DNA from: Methanomicrobiales archaeon
GTDB taxonomy: Archaea > Halobacteriota > Methanomicrobia > Methanomicrobiales > Methanospirillaceae
NCBI GenBank assembly: GCA_037137755.1
Contig: JBAXJR010000002.1
Location: 118,951-182,950 of the forward strand
Reading direction: 5' to 3'
Length of the DNA stretch: 64,000 bases
A model generated the notes under the pieces. That model made no database searches. It saw only the letters and a program-made list of their open reading frames with translations, and was not told where the DNA came from. The position numbers and the translations under genes are program-made. Position 1 is the first letter of the stretch; the number at the start of each line of letters is the position of its first letter. This document shows, one piece after another, positions 41,295 to 48,770 of the stretch.

Positions 41295-41636
41295 TCAGGT
41301 CTTTGAGAGCTCTTTTTCCAGATCGTCAAGCCGGTCCTCCATCCTCGAGAGGGAATTGTTAATTTCTTTCTCGAAACCCTGTAATTCTGATACTTTTGCT
41401 TCATTCTGACTGATAAACGGCTCATGTTGTGCTTTGAAGCGATTGACTGCCGGTGTCCGTACGAGCGCCCATTCGGTCACCATCGATTCGAATCTGCGGT
41501 CAAGATATTCGTCGACCCGGCTCTCAACCGGTCGCGTTAATGAGATCTTACCCTTTGCCCCCCGGAAGAAGAAATAGATGGCAACGATGATAGCAACAAT
41601 CACCAGGATAGTGAGGATAATTTCGAGTGGAGTCAT
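41295..41636 (-). CDS. N-terminal TM plus coiled-coil protein (YLD..F...EW paralog 3)
   Basis: TM helix, VDEYLDRRFESMVTEWAL and a heptad-rich C-terminus; ATGA overlap with the upstream gene. Confidence 0.85.
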   Translation of the reverse strand: MTPLEIILTILVIVAIIVAIYFFFRGAKGKISLTRPVESRVDEYLDRRFESMVTEWALVRTPAVNRFKAQHEPFISQNEAKVSELQGFEKEINNSLSRMEDRLDDLEKELSKT

Positions 41637-41851
41637 TTCTTCTTCGCCTCCAGGTCCTTCGCACGTGCTTCAAGGGCAGATAGTTTTGCCTCTGCGTTCT
41701 TTTCGAAGGTGGCCAGTTTCGCGGCCTCGGCAGATAGAGCATTTAATCGGGCAGAGAAATCCGCCACTTCATTTTTTGTGGCAATCTGCCATTCTTCGAT
41801 GAGGTATTTCATCCGGCGGTCCAGGTACTTGTTCATGTACTTGTCCATCAT
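41633..41851 (-). CDS. Small coiled-coil protein (paralog 2)
   Basis: MNKYLDRRMKYLIEEWQIATKNEVADFSARLNAL; ATGA overlaps at both ends. Confidence 0.85.
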   Translation of the reverse strand: MMDKYMNKYLDRRMKYLIEEWQIATKNEVADFSARLNALSAEAAKLATFEKNAEAKLSALEARAKDLEAKKK

Positions 41852-42159
41852 TTCTTCTTCGCCTCCAGGTCCGAGATAACGGCGTCCAGTTTCTTTACCC
41901 GCTCGTTGATGACATCTTTGTGGTCATACAGGTGGTCAATTTCTGCGGTGACCTTGTTGACACGTCGTTCGAGGTCAAGAATATCATTCTCAACCAGGAG
42001 GCCCCATTCCTCGATAATTGCCTCCATGTTCTGGTCAAAGTACGTGTCCAGCGACTTGTCCATTGTCGGTAGTTTCTGGTCCATGTACCCCTTGATATCC
42101 GGCATGTTACCCCAGAATGACTGTTTCTCCTCTACCGTCCCTTCTGCAAATTCAGCCAT
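41848..42159 (-). CDS. Small coiled-coil protein (paralog 1)
   Basis: LDTYFDQNMEAIIEEWGLLVENDILDLERRV; TAATG overlap upstream. Confidence 0.85.
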   Translation of the reverse strand: MAEFAEGTVEEKQSFWGNMPDIKGYMDQKLPTMDKSLDTYFDQNMEAIIEEWGLLVENDILDLERRVNKVTAEIDHLYDHKDVINERVKKLDAVISDLEAKKK

Positions 42160-42545
42160 TATTTCACCTTCTTCTCTTCGAGGTCAAGCTTCAGGATCAT
42201 CCGCTCGAGTTTTCCTTCCCTCACCAGGTTTTCAAGCTTCCGGAGCCTCGCCTCGACGATTTTCTCCTTATGGTAGTTATTCAGTTCGAGGAATTCGTTT
42301 TCATCTTCCAGCGTGCGGATTGACTGGATCTGGTCTGTGCTGAGCTTGGTGAAGGGATGCACCTTCGCCTGCGTGTTCAGGTCTTTTGCAAGGAGATCGA
42401 GTTTCTGTTTTTCAACTTCTATCTCCATTTTCCGGACGTGACCCTGGCTCCTGCGTATGGCCCAGACTACGATGAGAATTAAGAGGAGCGCAAAGAGGAG
42501 GAGGATTGCGAGGATGAACCAGTCTGGTGGTGCATTCAAGTCCAT
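42159..42545 (-). CDS. N-terminal TM plus coiled-coil protein
   Basis: A ~21-aa hydrophobic helix followed by RR and long charged heptads. Confidence 0.85.
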   Translation of the reverse strand: MDLNAPPDWFILAILLLFALLLILIVVWAIRRSQGHVRKMEIEVEKQKLDLLAKDLNTQAKVHPFTKLSTDQIQSIRTLEDENEFLELNNYHKEKIVEARLRKLENLVREGKLERMILKLDLEEKKVK

Positions 42546-42546
42546 A

Positions 42547-43287
42547 TTATCCTCCGATTACCTTTGAGGCCTCATCAAGAAGACTGCTATCTCCTACGAG
42601 GTAGATGATATCCCCACCTACAAGGACAAAGGAAGGATCGGTTGTTTGAATCGCATCTCCTCGTTGTACTGCTGCAATAACAACCCCTTTCGGGAGTACG
42701 ATGCTGGACAGCGTGCGGGTACCGGAACCGGCAGCGACCGTGACGGCACGGACCTCTCCATTGTTTGCCTTCAGTGCCTTGTCAAGAGTCGCTGAATCGG
42801 CTGGTTTGAGTTTCTTTTTTGCGGCCTCGAACGCGTTGCTGAAAGCAGCACTGACTGAATGCCCTGCTTTGCCAAGGCCGGTGCTGACACTTGAAGCAGC
42901 TCCGGTAGCACCTGCCTTGATCGACTCAGTTGATGTACCCTTGATCGATTCACCTGCCTTACCAAGTCCAGCTGATACACTTGCACCTGCGCCTGTGACA
43001 CTGCTCTTGATCTGGTCGGCCATCGGGGGTGTTTTGCGGACCCGTAACTTGGAGCCTTCACTCGCACCAAGTGCCGTTAAGTCCTCCTCGCTCAGGCGGA
43101 TATGACCTGATGTAACAAGTGAGTCGGCGAACGCAGTTGCAGATATCCATTTTTCTGCGTCAATTATACCGATATTAATCGATGCCCCCTCTTTGATTTC
43201 GAGCTCCTTGAGGGCGTCCTCATGAATCCGGGCTCTCCCCCTGCTTGGAAAAGCCCGTTTCTGGGCAATGAGTTGAATTTCGTCCAT
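42547..43287 (-). CDS. CDC48-N-like double-psi barrel, amphipathic repeats and TrkA-C (RCK_C)-like domain
   Basis: Two double-psi halves (RGRARIHEDALKELEIKEG...; GHIRLSEEDLTALGASEGSKLRVRK) and a C-terminal LSSIVLPKGVVIAAVQRG...P..VL..GDIIYLVG. Confidence 0.8.
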   Translation of the reverse strand: MDEIQLIAQKRAFPSRGRARIHEDALKELEIKEGASINIGIIDAEKWISATAFADSLVTSGHIRLSEEDLTALGASEGSKLRVRKTPPMADQIKSSVTGAGASVSAGLGKAGESIKGTSTESIKAGATGAASSVSTGLGKAGHSVSAAFSNAFEAAKKKLKPADSATLDKALKANNGEVRAVTVAAGSGTRTLSSIVLPKGVVIAAVQRGDAIQTTDPSFVLVGGDIIYLVGDSSLLDEASKVIGG

Positions 43288-43310
43288 GTGAAGTAAGACT
43301 ATTCAAAACG

Positions 43311-43324
43311 GTATATACTTTTCG
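43311..43324 (-). promoter_or_regulatory. BRE/TATA promoter for the 43287-41027 operon
   Basis: The minus strand reads CGAAAAGTATATAC, with TATATA about 25 nt upstream of ATG 43287, consistent with a leaderless or near-leaderless mRNA. Confidence 0.55.
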
Positions 43325-44072
43325 TGGAACAGAATATTTCCCCCTATTCCAATTGATGCATTTTTTAAAATTAGACCGGAACCGGGCGCGATGAGCCGTT
43401 AAAAGGTGACCATTTTTAGCGATCAACCAGCAGGTTCATGAGGTACGTCCGAATGACCCTGTTTCCGAAAATAATCCGTGAAAAAAAATTAACCGCCGGA
43501 CCGATCAGCCGGATTATTCTGAGCCCTTATAATGGTGAATATAGGGGGAGTTTCTGCGTAAATTCCTGGGTAGACAGGACATTGCGGACTTTAACCGGGC
43601 AACGCACTCCACGACACACAGCCTCATGCCATAAGGTATTCCCCCATTGCACTAAATTACCATGTCGTTCAATGCAGGTTCTGTCGTCCCGGGTCCGGTA
43701 TGGTACCTATTCTATAGTTGTACCCGTCATCCAGGAATCGTACCTGTCAACTATCATCTCTCTGTACTGGGATCTATTATAACAAAATATAAATAGGTGC
43801 TTTGGAGAGTTTCTCCTTACGAGGGACCTGCAGTGTATCTGTCCTGGTGAACCTTCCCGGAGCCCCGTGTGGCCCTGATCCCGGTTTCCAGAATATTTGA
43901 AATGAGAAACAATCAACTCATTACCCCTCATCCGGTATTTGTGGTCCCTGCCCGGGTCTGCAATGTCCCGTTCACTCAGGAGTGGTATTATTGAAAAAAC
44001 GCAACAGGTGGTTACTGAAAGGATCTGCTCAATGGAAGAGTGAATCCCTGTTTTTAATTCCGGGAGGTATAG

Positions 44073-46379
44073 ATGAACCCTGAAGAAAAGCTTGTCGTCG
44101 TCATCGTGGATGATGCTATTGGTAAAGATACGCCCCATGGACGTACAATAAAAAGGATAGTGAACGGACTTGCCGAGTTCGATATCCTGGTCTCTTCAAT
44201 TGCGTCGCTTGAGGATGCGAGGTCGGCATATGCAAACCTTCCGGAAGCTGACTGTATCCTGATCAGCTGGACTCTCGGGGGTGCCGGATCGAAACAAAAT
44301 GCCGATGCAAAGCAGCTTATCCACGAGATCAGGCAGCGCAACGAAGATATTCCTATATTCCTGATGGCAGAGCCCACTGGTGAGGCGCCAGGTGCACTGA
44401 CTGTCGATACGATCAGGGAGGTCAATGAGTACGTCTATATCATGGACGATACACCGGAATTTATTGCGGGTCGTATCATTGCAGCGGCAAACCGGTACAA
44501 AGAGAGTCTTTATCCCCCGTTTTTCGGTGCACTAGTGAAATTCTCAAAAGATTTTGAGTATTCATGGCATACCCCCGGGCATGCAGGAGGAACGGCATTC
44601 CGTAAGTCCCCCGCCGGACGGATGTTCTACAAGTTCTTCGGAGAACAGCTCTTCAGGTCAGACCTCTCTATTTCGGTCGGTGAACTGGGGTCCCTGCTTG
44701 ATCACTCGGGACCACTTGGCGAGGCCGAGCGGTATGCGGCGAAAGTTTTCGGCGCAGATATGACCTATTTCGTGACAAACGGTACCTCCACTGCCAACAA
44801 GATCGTATTCTTTGGTCGCGTGACAAAGGATGATGTCGTCCTGGTAGACCGTAACTGTCACAAGTCTGCGGAGCACGCCCTCACGATGACCCATTCCGTA
44901 GCGGTCTTCCTGATACCTACACGGAACCGCTACGGGATCATCGGGCCGATCCCTCCGGGTGAGATGACTCCAGGGAAGATCAAATCGAAGATCGATGCAT
45001 GCCCGACGACGAAAGGCATTGAGAACAAAAAACCGGTTCACGCGATTGTCACCAATTCAACCTATGATGGTCTCTGTTACCACGCAACGCAGGTTGAGGA
45101 ACTCCTTGGGAAAAGTGTGGACAGCATTCATTTCGATGAGGCCTGGTATGGGTATGCCAGGTTCAACCCGCTCTACCGCGAACGGTTTGCAATGCGGGAT
45201 GGTGCGAAAAACCCGAAAGGACCTACCGTCTTTGCCACACAGTCAACCCATAAACTACTGGCCGCCTTGTCGCAGGCATCCATGGTCCATGTGAGAAACG
45301 GGCGTGTACCGATAGAACACTCCAGGTTCAATGAGGGGTTCATGATGCACAGCTCCACCTCGCCGCTTTATACCATCATGGCATCACTGGATGTCTCATC
45401 AAAGATGATGGACGGGGCGGCCGGGCGGGTCCTCACCACGGAATCTATCGAAGAATCTATCCGGTTCCGGCGGACCATGGCACGGATCTACGAGGAAGTC
45501 TGCGGGGGTAAAAAATCCAAAGACTGGTGGTTCGGAATGTGGCAGCCCGATACCATTACAGATCCAAAGACGAAAAAGAAAGTCCCGTTTGCGGATGCAT
45601 CAATTGAAACACTGCGGGACAACCCGTCCGCCTGGGTGTTGCACTCCGGTGAGAAATGGCACGGTTTCGAGGGACTCCCCGATGATTACTGCATGCTCGA
45701 TCCCATCAAGGTCACCGTGACGATGCCCGGGGTACATGATGACGGGTCCCTGGAAAAATGGGGGATCCCCGCTGCAGTAGTAGTCAAATTCCTTGACACC
45801 CGGGGGATCGTCAACGAAAAATCAGGTGACTACATTATCCTGTTCCTCTTCTCGATGGGTATCACGAAGGGAAAATGGGGGACACTGATTACTGAGCTCT
45901 TCGAGTTCAAACGTCATTATGATGAGAAAACCCCATTAGAAGAGATCTTCCCCGATCTCACGAGTGCCTATCCCGATCGGTACGGGGGCATGACCCTTAC
46001 CAGCCTGACTGATGAAATGCACAAATTCAAGAAAGACCACAGGATGTGTGAGCTGTTGCAGGAAGCATTCTCCATTCTCCCGGTGCCTGCTGTCAGCTAT
46101 GCCGATGCGTTCAAGAACCTTGTACGAGGGGATGTGGAACAGGTCCCGGTTTCAAAGGCAGGTAACCGGATTGTGGCGACCGGGATTGTCCCGTACCCAC
46201 CCGGTATACCGCTCCTGGCCCCCGGGGAAAGGACAGGGGAACTGAGCGATCCCCTGCTTCAGTACCTTACATCAATGCAGGACTTCGATAAGCAGTTCCC
46301 CGGGTTCGAACATGATACGCATGGGGTTGAAAATATAAAAGGTGTGTATATGATGTATTGTATTAAGGAGGGACGTTAA
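44073..46379 (+). CDS. Orn/Lys/Arg decarboxylase, fold-type I with N-terminal wing (REC-like) domain
   Basis: SWHTPGHAGG, FVTNGTSTANK, DRNCHKS, HFDEAW, PLP lysine in ATQSTHKLL, LDPIKVT, PYPPGIP. Shine-Dalgarno GGAGGT upstream. Confidence 0.95.
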   Translation: MNPEEKLVVVIVDDAIGKDTPHGRTIKRIVNGLAEFDILVSSIASLEDARSAYANLPEADCILISWTLGGAGSKQNADAKQLIHEIRQRNEDIPIFLMAEPTGEAPGALTVDTIREVNEYVYIMDDTPEFIAGRIIAAANRYKESLYPPFFGALVKFSKDFEYSWHTPGHAGGTAFRKSPAGRMFYKFFGEQLFRSDLSISVGELGSLLDHSGPLGEAERYAAKVFGADMTYFVTNGTSTANKIVFFGRVTKDDVVLVDRNCHKSAEHALTMTHSVAVFLIPTRNRYGIIGPIPPGEMTPGKIKSKIDACPTTKGIENKKPVHAIVTNSTYDGLCYHATQVEELLGKSVDSIHFDEAWYGYARFNPLYRERFAMRDGAKNPKGPTVFATQSTHKLLAALSQASMVHVRNGRVPIEHSRFNEGFMMHSSTSPLYTIMASLDVSSKMMDGAAGRVLTTESIEESIRFRRTMARIYEEVCGGKKSKDWWFGMWQPDTITDPKTKKKVPFADASIETLRDNPSAWVLHSGEKWHGFEGLPDDYCMLDPIKVTVTMPGVHDDGSLEKWGIPAAVVVKFLDTRGIVNEKSGDYIILFLFSMGITKGKWGTLITELFEFKRHYDEKTPLEEIFPDLTSAYPDRYGGMTLTSLTDEMHKFKKDHRMCELLQEAFSILPVPAVSYADAFKNLVRGDVEQVPVSKAGNRIVATGIVPYPPGIPLLAPGERTGELSDPLLQYLTSMQDFDKQFPGFEHDTHGVENIKGVYMMYCIKEGR

Positions 46380-47828
46380 GTGAGCGAAGATGCCACTACG
46401 GCCCAGAAAACCGGCCTGGAGCCAAAGAAGGTGCTGGGCATTTTTGCACTGGCGATGATCAATGTCGCAGCTGTACTATCTATTCGGAATTTCCCGTCAA
46501 TGGCCGAGTTCGGGTGGTCATCCATAGGGTGGTATATTATCGGGACCATCCTGTTCCTGATCCCGCTCTCTCTTGCGGGGGCAGAACTGGCAACAATGCT
46601 TTCCGATAAAGGTGGGGGTGTGTATGCATGGTGTAAGGAGGCGTTCGGCACCAAAGGTGGCTTTGTGGCCGTCTTCTGTGAATGGTCAAATAACCTTGTC
46701 TGGTTCCCGACGGTTCTTGCATTCATAGCATCGACACTCGCGTTTGCCATTTCACCCGCGCTTGGGACTAATGCGGTCTACCTCTTTGTCGTGATGATGA
46801 TCGCGTTCTGGGGCACCACTGCAATTGCCTACTTTGGGGAGAACGTCTCCTCAAAGTTCCAGAACGTAGGGGTTATTCTTGGCAGCATCATCCCATCCAT
46901 CCTGATCATAGGGCTTGGAGTATACTGGATTACCTCAGGCTCAGCGATTGTCCTCCCCCCGTTCTCCTGGGCACAGGTAGTGCCGACCTTTAACCTTTCC
47001 ACCCTGCCGTTCTTCGCAACCGTTATTCTCCTTTTTGCCGGCATGGAAATGGCGGGATTCCATGCACTGGAAGTCAGGAACCCCAACACGGATTTCCCGA
47101 AGGCCATGGCGATATCGGCAGTTATCATATTCTTCTGCACGGTAATGGCAACGCTGGCCATCGCTTTTGTAATTCCTGCTAACGAACTCAGCCTGTCTGC
47201 AGGCGTCATGCAGGCAATCCAGTACTTCTTCACCGCACTCGGCATACCTGGGGCCGTCGCCCCGATGGCGATCCTGATCACGATCGGTGGCGTAGTCTCT
47301 CTTGCTGCATGGCTGATTGGACCGGCTCTCGGGCTTGGCGTGGTGGCGCAGGAAGGGAATATGCCGCCCATTTTCAACCGTACAAACAAGCACGGCTCAC
47401 CCGTTGCGGTGCTGTTTATCCAGGCACTGATCGGGACGTTTGTCTCCCTGCTCTACATATTCCTGCCGTCGATTAACCAGGCATACTGGATCCTCTCGGC
47501 AATGACGGTGGAACTCCTCTGTATCGTTTACCTGCTTGTGTTTGCATCACTGATCAAACTGAGGTACAGCAGGCCTGACGCCCCGCGACCGTTTAAGATC
47601 CCCGGGGGGATCCCCGGTATCTGGCTGATTGGTGGTATGGGTGCATTCGGTGTGATTTTCGCCTTTATCGTCGGGCTCATGCCTACGGGTGGCTCCTTCA
47701 CCACGGGCCAGACGATCTCCTATGTTGCGGGAATACTGATTGGCACATTCCTGCTTGCCGTTCCTCCGCTGATCTTCCTGAAACTAAAGAAACCCAGCTG
47801 GATCGAGACCGGCAACAAGGAGGGGTGA
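46380..47828 (+). CDS. APC-family amino acid permease/antiporter (GadC-like)
   Basis: AMINVAAVLSIRNFP, AELAT...GGVYAW..EAFG, FAGMEM, RPFKIPGG, about 12 TM segments. The GTG start abuts the decarboxylase stop. Confidence 0.93.
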   Translation: MSEDATTAQKTGLEPKKVLGIFALAMINVAAVLSIRNFPSMAEFGWSSIGWYIIGTILFLIPLSLAGAELATMLSDKGGGVYAWCKEAFGTKGGFVAVFCEWSNNLVWFPTVLAFIASTLAFAISPALGTNAVYLFVVMMIAFWGTTAIAYFGENVSSKFQNVGVILGSIIPSILIIGLGVYWITSGSAIVLPPFSWAQVVPTFNLSTLPFFATVILLFAGMEMAGFHALEVRNPNTDFPKAMAISAVIIFFCTVMATLAIAFVIPANELSLSAGVMQAIQYFFTALGIPGAVAPMAILITIGGVVSLAAWLIGPALGLGVVAQEGNMPPIFNRTNKHGSPVAVLFIQALIGTFVSLLYIFLPSINQAYWILSAMTVELLCIVYLLVFASLIKLRYSRPDAPRPFKIPGGIPGIWLIGGMGAFGVIFAFIVGLMPTGGSFTTGQTISYVAGILIGTFLLAVPPLIFLKLKKPSWIETGNKEG

Positions 47829-47875
47829 GTTGAAATGACGTTATTTCGTTCTTCTAACCATAAAGGAGGATGCCT

Positions 47876-48322
47876 ATGAACGAAGTAGATAATTCAGCAT
47901 GGGCCGTTATGCTCATTCTCATATTGATAATCCTGCTCCCGATTGGCTGGATAATGGTTGTATCTACCTCTGAACCATATCACATCGTAGCGGGGGAACC
48001 ACTTCGTGAAGCGCTGGAAAATTCCGGGATAACCGTAGTAAGTGCTGTTAATTCGACATTGCCACTTCCCGGTGCAACAGGTGGGAAAATCTACACACTA
48101 TCGGATGAAAACGGGAACCTGATTACCATTCAGACCCAGCCATTCGATAGTGCCGGATCGAGGGATGCAGCTATCAAGATCCACAATGCGCAGTCCGTAG
48201 GAAAAGGGAAGCCCATTGAGGATCTGGTTGTTGTCGGAAACCACCTGATCTTTGTCAGGCCGGGCACGAGTGGGACAATAAAAAAGATCCTGCCTGAACT
48301 TCAAAAGATAAAAGCCAGGTAG
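47876..48322 (+). CDS. Membrane-anchored hypothetical protein, third gene of the decarboxylase operon
   Basis: Shine-Dalgarno AAGGAGG 6 nt before ATG 47876; one N-terminal TM and a soluble domain. Confidence 0.75.
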   Translation: MNEVDNSAWAVMLILILIILLPIGWIMVVSTSEPYHIVAGEPLREALENSGITVVSAVNSTLPLPGATGGKIYTLSDENGNLITIQTQPFDSAGSRDAAIKIHNAQSVGKGKPIEDLVVVGNHLIFVRPGTSGTIKKILPELQKIKAR

Positions 48323-48409
48323 GATATTTGGGGTTTTTTCAGGCCAACATTTTTTTAGAGCCGGACAAGGCCGGGGTCTGGTATTCGACCGGTAAAAAAA
48401 AAAGATCGA

Positions 48410-48769
48410 TCACTTCTTTGCAGCAGGCCCCGGTTCTCCGGTACCCCCGCAATTGCAATTACTTTCCTGTTTTACAGTGCCCCCGCAACATCCATCCTCT
48501 CCGCAGGTGACCTCGGTTCTCCCGGTAAGTGCTGAATAGATCATGGCATAGGCACAACCGACCCCGCTTTCAACGGTGATTGCACCAGTCGGGCAGTTTT
48601 TCTGGCAGGCCCCGCACTCCATACAGCGTTCCGGACGCTGGAGGGATGCCCGTTCACCGTGGACCGAAAACACGCCGTGCGGGCAGACTTCGGAACACCG
48701 TTCACACCCGATGCACTTCTCCGGGTGAAACATAAGCGTGTTTTTAGTATACGAATTAAAAATCGTCAT
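48410..48769 (-). CDS. hgcB: Mercury methylation 2[4Fe-4S] ferredoxin HgcB
   Basis: CIGCERCSEVCPH and CMECGACQKNCP clusters, GVGCA and C-terminal Cys residues; immediately downstream of hgcA. Confidence 0.95.
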   Translation of the reverse strand: MTIFNSYTKNTLMFHPEKCIGCERCSEVCPHGVFSVHGERASLQRPERCMECGACQKNCPTGAITVESGVGCAYAMIYSALTGRTEVTCGEDGCCGGTVKQESNCNCGGTGEPGPAAKK

Positions 48770-48770
48770 T

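Noticed and set aside
43438-44060. ORFs and a possible riboswitch hairpin (44003-44052) upstream of the decarboxylase
   Set aside because: The ORFs lack protein-like features. The hairpin is short and imperfect and matches no riboswitch consensus I recognise.
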